Assembly (NCBI RefSeq): GCF_040938485.1
Contig: NW_027271164.1
Span: forward strand, 2,144,064 to 2,208,063
Direction of reading: 5' to 3'
Length of the DNA stretch: 64,000 nucleotides
From: Diadema antillarum
Lineage: Eukaryota
This document shows positions 37,159-48,800 of this stretch, one piece after another. A program made the position numbers and the translations under genes. Under the pieces are notes generated by a model, which ran no database searches, was not told where the DNA came from, and worked only from the letters and a program-made list of their open reading frames with translations. How positions within the stretch are numbered: position 1 is the stretch's first letter; every line of letters starts with the position of its first letter.

Positions 37159-37735
37159 GTAGGTGACCAACTCACCATTCTATAATATGTGAACATTAGT
37201 TTCGTTGCTGTTTGAATAACTTCCAATGAAAGGGAACATATCATCAGTGGAAACCAAATGTTGAGTTTTAACTTATTGATAGTATTACAAGTTTTTGGAA
37301 ACCATTTGCAGTCATGAGACGAATTCAATCTGTACGAAACGCTCCCTAGCAAACGATGTTTCATATTATCAAACAAAGACAATCTATACAAACCCCGTAC
37401 ATTGGAAGAACACTGAAGTCTACCGTATCGATATAGGCAACTATATGCAACTTTGACGCTTGTTTCCATCCGTAAGCAGCATAAGTAGGGTGAGCTCGAT
37501 TGAGCCATTATTCATCATGAAAACATGAAATAGACCTGTGGTAGTGTAGGCCGATATACATAGGGTACAACGTCACAAACAATGACAAAAGGAGTCCCCT
37601 GAATACATGTACTATACTAACCGAAAATGTGTAAGACGGTTAATTTCGGAGCGGGTGTTTGTTGTACAGCATGTTTTCTGCCCAACCTCTGGTTTACATG
37701 AATGTACTGAAGAGTTCTGTGAATGATTTTCTCAG

Positions 37736-37924
37736 GTGAAGGCCCAGGTGCGGCGATCGTGTCAGCCAGCGGCGACGTCCATCAGAGTTGACTGGAGGGC
37801 AAAAGGGCCGGAGAGTCACGTGACCCTGACGAGGAAGCAAGTCATTCAAGCCCCTTCACAGATCGCATCTCTTTTCACTGGCACCAGACTTGTGCTCTAC
37901 GCTCTGGGACCTGACATTGCTGAA
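37736..37924 (+). CDS. PARP4: PARP4-like exon Q (VKAQVRRSCQPAATSIRVDWRAKGPESHVTLTRKQVIQAPSQIASLFTGTRLVLYALGPDIAE).
   Basis: Aligns to IEDQMTRLCSPSCHSVSVKWQQ…QVPSLFLNDRLLVYGFIP. ttctcag acceptor and GAA|GTAAAT donor. Confidence 0.75.
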
Positions 37925-38528
37925 GTAAATAAAATCCTCACAGATGCTTATCACTAGCTGTTTTATTCTTGATTGAACTCGAACTTGGGAGGGGTTGTTA
38001 AAAATGTCAAAGATTTATATGCGATTATAAGAACGGTGATGTAGTTAGTTCATTCTGAAATATCGACCTGGGGCCCGTTGCATAAAAGTTACTATTATGG
38101 TAACTTTGCCATCCAATGGTAACTTCCATGGAATTCTTGATTTTGATTGGCTGTTGAGTATTGTTCCCATGGTAGTTACCATTGGATGGCAAAGTTACCA
38201 CAATGGTAACTTTTATGCAACAGGCCCCTGGAAGAGGCATGGTGCACGGCGATTAATGGTTATATACCTGCCTGCATAAGAAGAAGTTTATCTTTATGTC
38301 ACGAACCAATGAAGTTGGACGTTGATTATGAAAGCTAAAAGCCCAAATCTTGAAAGCAACTCGTTGTTAGTTCGGATTTCTTTCGCTCTAAATTGAAATA
38401 TGTACACTGTATATATATATATTTTATCTCCATGAATAATCCATGATGAAGTTTATAATTCAGTTGCATTTCCACAGTAGGTAATATCTTCCATAGATGT
38501 CAACCAGGATTGTTTTTCATCCCTTCAG

Positions 38529-38609
38529 GTTGTTCTTAGCGCCGACATTGAAGGTCGAGAAGTAACGTGTAAGGTGACGTCGGAGAACTGCGCCACCAAC
38601 GCCGGTCTG
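38529..38609 (+). CDS. PARP4: PARP4-like exon R (VVLSADIEGREVTCKVTSENCATNAGL).
   Basis: ccttcag acceptor and CTG|GTGAGT donor. Phase 0. Positionally matches …ATLCALIQEKEFRTMVSTTELQKTTGTM. Confidence 0.6.
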
Positions 38610-39587
38610 GTGAGTATATTATGCTATGTTAGAAGCTGATAAGCTCTGTTGTCAGCATGACGCTGTTGTAGGTTTCGTCAAGCCAGTTTGACAAAAGAAA
38701 AAAGAAAGGACACACAAAACACCATCACCACCGCGAAAAAACAACCTACAAACGAAACGATCAAGACAAAGACTCAATGTAAAAATCTGGATAAACTATG
38801 TCTGTCAACAAAGAGTTGGATTCTCTACACATTGACGAGAGACAAAACACTATAATTGTAGTAGTTGACTTTCAATATACGGCAATGGTAAAAAAAGAGG
38901 AAACTTTATGTGCTCTAGAATCATTGAGATTTTAAATGTTTTGGATAGTGTAATGTGCTATGTACATAATGGAAAAAAAGAACAAAACAAAAACAAAACA
39001 AACAAACTAGGTTGAATAGTTTACACCTTTATCTAGGCGTTAGATATGTATGCTATACCAAATGTGACATGTTTAAGCACATCTTAGATTGGTTACTACC
39101 ACTGCATTTCAGTCATTCGCGATAGGAAATACGTAGTTTTAGAATGATCACATTAATTAAAAAAAAAAACCTTAGAAATGAGTGATATTAAGCGGGATCT
39201 TTCTTGATTAGATCCCGTAAGTTTCTAAAGTAAGGAACCAGAGTCTAGAGTTTACATGTCATGCCCATTTTCCCTGTATACTAATTACTGTACAAACATA
39301 GCTAGCATCCACGTTATGTTTTCGTCTTTTGTGAAGTTTTAAGTGTGAAATTACCATTGGCAACATGCTCGAACATATTTTGAGATGGTATTTACCTTCC
39401 AGGGCAGTTAAAAACCGACAACAATGACAACAACGACACAGAATAGTACATATAGCCAGTTCAGACATGTAAATGCATACTTTCTGTATAGCACTGCTGG
39501 ACAATCGGCTTGCATTGCTTTTTAGACCTGATATAAATGATTAAAGTATTGCATCGCTATCTCCGCTGTATCGTTTATATCTGGAAG

Positions 39588-39770
39588 ACGCTTCATCGCC
39601 TAGCAACGAGGGGAGTGGTCAGGGACTGGGAGGTTGGATCTGTGCACGCGGATAGGTTGGAAAATGACGCCATGATGGATGACGTCCGGCGAATGCTGGT
39701 CCAACTGGGCATCGAGTTCAACATCATTTCTCCTCTAACGAGTTTTGTCGCAATTGAGGAGCGATCTGAG
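39588..39770 (+). CDS. PARP4: PARP4-like exon S (TLHRLATRGVVRDWEVGSVHADRLEN…LVQLGIEFNIISPLTSFVAIEERSE).
   Basis: Aligns to IHKLAARALIRDYEDG…ITQFTSFVAVEKRDE. ctggaag acceptor and GAG|GTAGAG donor. Confidence 0.8.
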
Positions 39771-40380
39771 GTAGAGCACGTGTAGAGACCTACATAATAA
39801 CATGACGATCTTTATCACTCTCTCTTGTTTGCGCCAACCTGATTTATACCGTACTCACATTGAGGACATTTCGTTTATTGTTATAATTCCCTATCATCTG
39901 AAATAATACTTTTACATATCATTACGTTATTAATGAACATCCCACATTATATTTTCCTAATACCTTATCTATGGATATACATAACACACCATGATTGGTC
40001 ATGATTTAGTCAATCATAATAATGTTCATTTTTAAAGTAATAAAGACATAATATTACGTATACAATAATCAAAGATTGGCCACAGTATTGGCACAGTATC
40101 TTTTCAATCGGCTGAAATGTCGCCAAGTAACTTCGGAATTCGAAGCCCATTATGCTGCATGAGGATATTCAATGGCCTATATGAAAAGACAAGACACAAG
40201 TTATTCTACTTATGGTTTATAGTTTGGTAATCTCGGGCCACCTTTCATCATGATGGTAACATCAGGCCCAAAAGACCAAATTTAAAAAAAGTGAAAACTC
40301 CGACAAAAATAAGGCAGATGAAATACAATGAATATAAAGAAGCAATCACAGTAACTGGTAGTCTATATTTATTCTGACAG

Positions 40381-40500
40381 GATGACACAAAGAAAGACGA
40401 TCCATCGATGTCAAGTCTACTGGCCGAGATGAGTCCTGGGGGCCGTGACACGCAGCATGGAACGTGGCACAGCCAGCCTGCCTCCACGGGCACGGAATCG
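40381..40500 (+). CDS. PARP4: PARP4-like exon T (DDTKKDDPSMSSLLAEMSPGGRDTQHGTWHSQPASTGTES).
   Basis: ctgacag acceptor and TCG|GTATGG donor. Phase 0 to 0. Low-complexity linker region. Confidence 0.5.
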
Positions 40501-41055
40501 GTATGGTTACCATAACAACTATGGCTCATCTTCCTCCGGGATGAATTCTGCGTCTAATAATGAGCAGTTCACTGGAAAGAAAGATGTGCCCTTCCGGCTT
40601 AAAGCTGATACAGGCATCGACAAGAAACATGAAATGAATTTGGGCTGAAGCAGGTCGAGGCAGTCAGCGGATGATCATTTTGAGGAGGAAATTTAATGTT
40701 TTATTTATTTATTCAAATATTTTGGGATTTTCAGTGAGGATCTTGTAGAATAAAATATGCATATTGCGCGATAGATGGGATAAACTTTCATTCCTGCTAT
40801 CTCTGTTAACACTATTTCTTATCCTTCGTCATTACTAATGATATTAACATTATCGTTGGAGATATCAAGGGTGATAAATGTTGAATAGATTTTTAAAAAA
40901 TGATCAGTCTCAGAGTACATTGGATTGTAGTGATAATTAGTAGAGATGGGCACATCACACTTATAAAAAGAATCGTAAAAACGTGTTCAATTTCCCCGTT
41001 AACATTGTAAATTAAATTATATGAAACATGTTTTTCCTGTAACTTTGGTCCTCAG

Positions 41056-41205
41056 AGTGATGCTATCACTAGACTGGAGGATATTCTGTCTCGAGCACAG
41101 GGAGCGCAGAATACTTTCTCCTTCGTGACCGCTGAGAACCAATACCAGCGTGCGATGGAGCTCGCCTCGGAGTCTCTGCCTCCAACGCACCCTTGTGTGC
41201 AAGAG
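41056..41205 (+). CDS. PARP4: PARP4-like exon U (SDAITRLEDILSRAQGAQNTFSFVTAENQYQRAMELASESLPPTHPCVQE).
   Basis: tcctcag acceptor and GAG|GTAACC donor. Phase 0 to 0. Confidence 0.5.
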
Positions 41206-41896
41206 GTAACCCTTCAGATGAATTTTTGTCGTCATTTTACCATACAATTTCCACAAGAAAGACAACGAACACAGAAAATTGAAGATAAGGTAAATAATTT
41301 AATTTTGAAACAACGGTGACACGGGAAACCAAATCTACATCATGGACCCTGACCCGCTAGCCTGGTGACTCCATGAAGTGTGAAGGCTGGCCCGGCTATA
41401 CTCGGATATATTCGAGAATTTCCGTAACGATCGACTTGTTTTAAACTTAACACTAATCTCCATGTCAGTAGGGCTTACACACACAGCCAAAGAATCTCGG
41501 CTCAAGTTGACCATTGCCGATGAGCATACGCTTCGATGCACATATTCGCTGACTAGCGCTATTCGTGGTTTTCGAACGTACCCCGGTGGGTATTGAATGA
41601 TTTAATTGGGCCATCCATTTCTTCCCATGTCTAAAACCTCTGCAAAAACCATCGTCAATGGCTTTTGTGGTGCATTCTGCAAATAATTTGGATCAATGTA
41701 GCGTTAGGAAGACTCGAATACATCCTGATTTAAACAAACTTCATTAAATAGTGCAACGGTATGAAAGACTATATAAAATTTCAGCCATTCATATCGCACA
41801 AGGCTACTTATATGATCACATTAACTGGAAAAAAAATGCTGAGAATAATGGTGCGATTTATCGCCATGAATGCATGGTTGTCTTATTATCGTGTAG

Positions 41897-42056
41897 GCAT
41901 TCCTGGCAGTGGCTAACTTCTACCTTCACATCAAAGGCGAGGCGACCAAGGCTAAGGATGTTCTTGATGACATCCTCCAACGAGTCAAAACGTCAACATC
42001 CGCTGAGATTGATCGAAGGCTCCCTAACATGTCTAAGATGTTAGTATTCGAGTTCT
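41897..42056 (+). CDS. PARP4: Possible PARP4-like exon V (AFLAVANFYLHIKGEATKAKDVLDDILQRVKTSTSAEIDRRLPNMSKMLVFEF).
   Basis: tgtag acceptor and T|GTGAGA donor. Its phase (1) does not match the best acceptor of the following large exon, so membership is uncertain. Confidence 0.3.
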
Positions 42057-42583
42057 GTGAGAAGGGGTGAAGACGCATGCGCAATATTCAGTTGAGCAAT
42101 CTGCTGTAGCAGCTAAAATATCTGACAGCAAGCTTCCTTGAGAAGCCTTGTGTTATCTTTTCAAATGATTGTGTCGATAAAAGCAGATTGCGGTTGGAAA
42201 CTCCATAGAACATGTAGAATGTTTATGCAAACTACCGGTCTGCCCGTTCGTAAGTTGATTTATATCTATATAAAGAAACACTGCTCTTTATTATGCTCTC
42301 TTTTGTTCCTTACGCTGTCTCGTAGCCTCTGTAAGATGTACCAACACCGCAAAGCGTACGTTTCATACAGTTTGTTCGATTTCTGCGCATTGTGTATTTA
42401 GTAAAAAGGAGCAACTAAAGTACATCTAATTATTGGTGGCAGATTTTAGATTTGGTTGTAACATCAATTGATTTCGAAACCCCTTCCTAGCTCTTTTAAA
42501 AGTTTTATTCTGTTCGCTCTTCATCGCGATGAACTGGCATAATTATATTTTATTGTTGTTATTTTTGTTAATCCCTACCACAG

Positions 42584-44330
42584 CTGTCAATGTGTTATTG
42601 ATGAAGGATTCCAAGGGAGAGAGCGGCAGCTCAAACCACCGAGTGAATCACAAAAACACGATCGCATGGTTCGCATAGAATCTCGAGAAACACAGCAGCC
42701 CTGCGATGCTCCGATACCATCGGCTAAAGCCATGGACGCTACACAGACTCTAAAGACGGAGGAGCTAGTTTCCCCAACACTCCGAGATGTTGATATGGAT
42801 CAACTTGCAGATCAGCTGGAATTGTTGTCTCCGACGGAAGACACACAAAAATCATTTCTTGCACATGCAGAAGAGGCGTGTGCGCTCAAAGAATCACCTG
42901 TCGACGTCATGGAGCTTTCGGAGGAGGTTTACTCTGCCGATGAGCCTGAACCTGCCTACATGGTAGAATCTATTCAAGAAATTCAGCTAGTTGAAGATGT
43001 AATGTCTCCTGTCCTCTGCTTAGCTGAACCAGCTAGTAGGTCGTTGGCCTTTTCATATGAAACCGAAGCTGCATACCTTGAGCCCGTGGAAGAACTTCAG
43101 ATCTGTGAGGAGGTACAGGAAGTGTTGTCTCCTGTCCTGGAATCGAGCGTTGATTCGTTACCTTTGATGCTAGCAGAAGTTGAGTCTGTCACAGAGCTGA
43201 GGAAAGAAGTGGCAGAACCTATGAGATTGGAGCAACGCATGGAGAAAAGGTTAGAGTTGGCAGAACCTGTATTAATGGCGAAAAAGTTAGAGTTGACAGA
43301 ACCTGTAATGCTTCAAGAACGAATGGAGACACGGGCAAAAATGGCAGAACCTGTTATGATGGCGAAAAAGTTAGAGTTGGCAGAACCTGTGATGCTGGAG
43401 GAGAAATTGGCGTTCGCAGAACCTGTGATGCTGGAAAAGCATGTAGAAGAAAAGTTAGAGTTGGCAGAACCTGTAATGCTTCAAGAAAGAATTGAGACAC
43501 CGTTAAAGATGGCAGAACCTGTAATGATGGCGAAAAAGTTAAAGTTGGCAGAACCTGTAATGCTGGAAGCTCGAATGGAGACACGAGTGAAAATGGCAGA
43601 ACCTGTAATGATGGTACAACACATGGAGGAAAAAATGGCGTTGGCAGAACCTGTGATGATGGAGCAACATATTGAGGAAAGTTTAGAGTTGGCAGAACCT
43701 GTAATGATGGAGGAAAAGTTGGCGTTGGCAGAACCTGTAATGCTTCAAGAACGAATGGAGACACGGGTAAAAATGGCAGAACCTGTAATGATGGTACAAC
43801 ACATGGAGGAAAAATTGGCGTTGGCAGAACCTGTGATGATGGAGCAACATATTGAGGAAAGTTTAGAGTTGGCAGAACCTGTAATGATGGAGGAAAAGTT
43901 GGCGTTGGCAGAACCTGTAATGCTTCAAGAACGAATGGAGACAAGGGTAAAAATGGCAGAACCTGTGTTGATGGCGAAAAAGTTAGAGTTGGCAGAACCT
44001 GCGATGCTGGAAGAACGAATGGAGACAAGATTAAAGATGGCAGAACCTGTAATGATGGTACAACGCATGGATGAAAAAACGGCGTTGGCACAACCTGTTA
44101 TGATGGAGGAAAAGTTAGAGTTGGCAGAACCTGTGATGATGAAGGCACATATAGAGGAAAGATTAGAGTTGGTAGAAGCTCCCGAGTTGGATCAAGTACT
44201 TGATGCTACCCCAGCTTTGGAAGCCGATGACATCCTGCCAAAACAACAGAAGCTCGCTCCAGCAAAGGAAGATCTCGAAAAGACAGAGGCCTTCGACATA
44301 ATCACAAGAATTTTGCAAGTAGGGCATCAG
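42584..44330 (+). CDS. PARP4: PARP4-like giant exon W. Acidic N-terminal part, then about 30 tandem 12-aa repeats of the form (K/E)(L/M)(E/A)LAEPVM(M/L)(E/Q)E(K/R), then …ILQVGHQ.
   Basis: Continuous ORF (42666-44396) with ccacag acceptor and CAG|GTAAGG donor at 44330. The 36-bp DNA repeat has a 180-bp higher-order period. Confidence 0.6.
43230..44160. repeat. Coding minisatellite: 36-bp unit (gcagaacctgtaatgatgg…), about 25-30 copies. The 180-bp higher-order units are near-identical (for example 43560-43740 versus 43740-43920).
   Basis: Read directly. It produces the long artefactual antisense ORF 43354-44091. Confidence 0.85.
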
Positions 44331-44735
44331 GTAAGGAGCAAGAGCAGTGGGAAAAAAAATCGATTTCAAATTGCAGAGTATGTGCACCCATCTTAAGTCA
44401 TTAACATTGGAACAAACAGAAGCAGAGCTAGAAATTCCTTCATGAATTGTATCTTCCTAACAAGAATCAGTTCACGGAGTAACCGTCATACTTTACTCTT
44501 TGTACCACCGAAACAATAACCATGTAACCATCGTATTCAGTACCATGGCTCACTTAGTGCAACTCTGGCTCCCATGATCATTCATGAGCTGTACCATCAC
44601 GTCTGCTTCGAACAGCAAATGCTCTCTAAATATTTCATGACTGCAGAAGTTTTTCATTTACCGCATATAGACAGTGCACATAATATTGAATGAAAATACG
44701 AATCCAAACTTGATTATCCTGTACCATTCATGCAG

Positions 44736-44919
44736 AAGAACGTGACTTTATATATAACTTTCACCACGTCCCGTCACTATTATCAGGACGAGCAGTCCCG
44801 CTGGTGTTGGGAGGTCGCTGACATCGAAGGAGAATTCGGCATCGACTGCAGCAAAGTAACCGATGCACTTCAGCAGCCTGACCAATACCTGGACATGGAT
44901 GACACGCTGCTTGAAACTT
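44736..44919 (+). CDS. PARP4: PARP4-like exon X (KNVTLYITFTTSRHYYQDEQSRWCWEVADIEGEFGIDCSKVTDALQQPDQYLDMDDTLLET).
   Basis: Resembles …IQHWQDAVPWTELL… of the PARP4 C-terminal region. The acceptor at 44735 or the alternative at about 44784 are both in frame. T|GTAAGT donor. Confidence 0.5.
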
Positions 44920-45066
44920 GTAAGTTTCTCTTCCCGCTTCTTCCCCTGTTAACTTATCAAATTCAACTGGGTCCGAGTGTCAGAGAGAGAGAGAAATTAT
45001 GGACAAGTCGTTACAAATCAGCGAGTAGTGAAAGAGGATCATATGAAAAATACAAACACACACACA

Positions 45067-45105
<39 letters not shown>

Positions 45106-45573
45106 CACCACAAATCATACACTTCATTGAAGACTGCTGGGCACTTTCAGCTTGAATATAGTGTTTATGGTATAGACTCTAGACCCAATAGCTAAAATAG
45201 ACGTAAGATATAAGACGTTGTTCAAATGCACTTATCAGGTCATAACTTGAAAACGTCTTTTTGTGTGTGTACGGGAGAATGTGGTCTTCCAAATGTTGAA
45301 AGCGACACCCTCCAATAAAACTGATTCACATTAGACTATGAAAGAATTTTGCCCTTAGTCTCGCTACTGATCTACTTTACATTGCTTGGATGATTCGGCA
45401 GTCAACAGGTGACAAACAAAATGTACCATGATGTGCTTCCATCCTGTTTCATTGATAGAGCAAGAAAGTCATTTTGCCATAAGTCTGACAAGCGACTTGG
45501 GCAACCTTAGCAGCAAAGGGTGACCAACTGTTAACTCCAAGTTTGACTCTCTGTTGTCTTCGTCCTGCTATAG

Positions 45574-45836
45574 GGATGTCAAGCCTCGGCCTCATCAAGA
45601 GGATTGTTGCAACTCTCCTTGTCACCGGCCTGCTCTCATGCCTGGAATCGACACTCCACTCAACCGACATCGACGTCGACAAGGTTCGTTTGTCGTGGGA
45701 GAAGACTTACCAACCGCCGTCTGAGTTATGTACCCTGGCTGTGAAGTGTGGTCTGGACGTAACCTGGAAGGACGCCCTCACCGTATTTCAATTGGAGAAC
45801 GCCCTAGATGACATCATCAATATAGTTTCAAGTTAG
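45574..45836 (+). CDS. PARP4: PARP4-like terminal exon (WMSSLGLIKRIVATLLVTGLLSCLESTLHSTDIDV…LENALDDIINIVSS, then stop), an MVP-binding-like C-terminus.
   Basis: Aligns to …GRECLLDLIATMLVLQFIRTRLEKEG… of the vertebrate vPARP C-terminus. ctatag acceptor completes the phase-1 codon. TAG stop at 45834-45836. Confidence 0.65.
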
Positions 45837-48800
45837 GCCTTTAATTTGGAAAAAACAGGCTTCCTTGTAGAAGGCCGATATTCTTTTTTTTTTTCTTACG
45901 AAGAATGTCTTGAGATAAATAATTCTATGAAGTCAATGTTTTACATTCAGCTTTATTGTAACTAACTGTAGGAAGAGGTAGTGTAGTAAATATAATGCCA
46001 CAAGTTGTAACTATAAAGTAATTGTTGTGACTATAAAGTAATTGTTGCAATTTTGCTGAGTTCAGCTTTTTCCCATATATAATGAAAGATGTATATTGAT
46101 GGATTGACATTGCTACTGCTGCTAAAACAAAAATATGCATTGACATGATTCTGAGAATCTTCAGTTCAGCCTAATATGATTTGTTTGGTTCTCACAACTC
46201 TGACATACAGACCCCAAACATTTAAGTGCCTAGATTTATTACGTCGAGAGAGCCAGATAAAGCCTATTCAAGGTAGTGATGTAGCAGAGGCAGTATGAAC
46301 TAAATGACGTCATTTACTTGCATTCATGATGTCACATAGAGATCTAGGGATAGCATTGTTGAATCTTTGTCTGTTTTAGTATTGAAATCGTGCAACCGCT
46401 AAGCAGCTTCAGGATCCAGTGTTGCGCTGCTGAATGCAACAAAATATGTGACGTTTACACTTCGAGAGATTTTATCATAAAGAAGAATCGTCGAGTAATG
46501 TAAAGAAGGTGGCAACGTCTCGTACTCGCATCCACATTCCAAAGGAAACATGATTCCTGCATTTATCACTTATCGATGATTATCTCATTGATAGGAATGT
46601 CCTTGACCTTATAAATGACATTAAAAAACATTTAACACATGTCAATGATTACGTATATTTAGTTACTTTTCTACCCGGATTTTCTTACCTTTAAACCGTT
46701 ACATTATACTGATATTGAATAATGGTGAATTCTGAATTGGCTGGCCTGACAGTTTAGAATTCAACGGAACTAAGAAACAGTGAATGGATTATCAATGAAT
46801 TCCTTGATTCCAGAAACAATGTTAACTTTAAATTAACTTTAAGCTGAATTACTATGGCCCGAAATTGACTGGCTACTTGTACAGTAAAGAACCAAAAGAA
46901 TATGACAATTTGCGTATATTGTGAGGGCTGGCGAAAGAAGAAAAAAAAATGTGTACAGTGTATAAGATACTTATTTCATTACGACCTGAATGACACTTTG
47001 ATGATTTAGAATATATACTTTAATTTTGCTTAACTGAACATATTTTGCATAACAGCCACATCTTTATAATATAAAAATATAAATATGATATAATACATCA
47101 ATTTATAAAGCGCAAAACCTATAGCCATAATTCTTCTGCGCTGAAAGCGCATCATTAGCAAGATTTGGATTTTGCAATTCCGTAGAGACGATTAAAAATG
47201 ATTTAAAGAGTTTGAAGCTAATAGAGAAGTGCAAGCGCGCCCGAACACTTCTGTCTTTTTTTTTCTCTCTTTTTTATTATTATTATTATTATTTTTTTTT
47301 TTTGGGGGGGGGGGTGGCAAAATCTCGACAGGGGCACATTTATGTGACGATGTGAGATCCTCAGTGAGGGAGCGAAGCGACCGAGCCTGGGAGGGTGTGG
47401 AAGGGGATACCCCCCCTCCCACGGTAGGGACTTTTTGTAAAAACAGAGTACAAAAGTCGCGTTAATAGAGCATTTTGAATTAAATTTCTAGGGAATAAAA
47501 CATAATAAAAGAAATCACTGCAAAGGCATGGAAGGACTATAATCATAACTTAGGAAAACTATTCATTTTACTATAAGTACGGGCAGAGCGAGCGAGTCAC
47601 TTTCACTTTGCCATTCGTCTGAAATGCGTTCATTAAAAGCTTAAACGTGATCGCATTGTTCGAGCAATAAAAAAAATATTCTTATTCTGCTAGAAAGCAG
47701 AGAAGAAAAGGAAAAATGCAAGGATTACTAAAGGTATGTTTCAGCGGGCACACTCGAGGATACGAGGCTACCATGTATACACTAAATTCACTCATAAGGT
47801 AATATTAGTGTATACACATATGTAATAATGTATATTGTTAGTGTAGTGTAATTTTTTTTTTCGTTTTGCCCCCTCAACATTTTATTTGGAGGGGGGGGGG
47901 GGCAAGTCCCCCCCCCCCCCCTTTCCGGCGCCCTTGGAGAAGTGTGCCTCTGGATACTACCATTGGTCATACGTTCGTTAATGGTGATTGAAAAAAATAA
48001 ATGTCAATTCAATTTCTCATCGACGTCACCTGTGAAGAAGATAATGAGGAGTATGATTTTGCTGTCTGTGATAAGGTGATAAGATGAAGATGATTACAGT
48101 CAGTCCTCTGAACACTGTGGTAGAATGAACGAGAGTCTTGACTCTTGAACAGGTTCAAATTGGTCATCGTAGGAATATCCATCTTGGCCCAGAGTTTCGA
48201 AAACAGGTACTATGCAATGTTCGCAGAGTGATAAAAACAAACCCTTCAGGCAGAATTCTACAAGTAGCACGAAAGACGCTACTTAGTGGGTCAGACCATG
48301 TTTTTCATAATGATATCATTTGTTGTGACGAGGATAGCGGAGACGAAGGTGATATCATGATCGATGTGCGGTTTTTAGAGTGGACAGTGTGGCTTTCTGT
48401 GCCAATCGGAAAAGCGCGCAAAGGGTTAAAATCAACAGATGCCATTTTCCCCTTGGCCACTGTACCCACACTGATCTTTTAGATCTATAAATCTTCGACG
48501 GAGACCACGTTGTCTACGAATTGTATTGTGGAGTGGAAGTCACTAAATACGGCGTATCTAATAGTGATACAGGTATCCAAATATGAAATTTTGCGTGCAT
48601 TGAATAAGTGTGCTTGTGCGTGTATGTGTGGGGGCTTATTACTCTCTTTTTGCGTTTAGAATGGCGGCGGTGACATAGGCCCTAACCGGTATGTGTGTGT
48701 GTGTGTGGGGGGGGGGGGGGTGCATGTGTGTATGTGTGTGCGTGTGTGAGTGTGTTGTGATTATGTAACTGCACTTTTTAATGTATCAACAATGAATGGT

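Noticed and set aside
43354-44091. 245-aa minus-strand ORF (…LQVLPTLTFSPS… repeats).
   Set aside because: It is the antisense reading of the in-frame 36-bp coding minisatellite of the PARP4-like exon. Periodicity guarantees an open antisense frame. There is no start context or splice signals.
48138-48482. 114-aa plus-strand ORF (MTLEQVQIGHRRNIHLGPEF…).
   Set aside because: No recognisable family motif and no flanking splice or promoter evidence. Consistent with a chance ORF in an intergenic region. Left unannotated.
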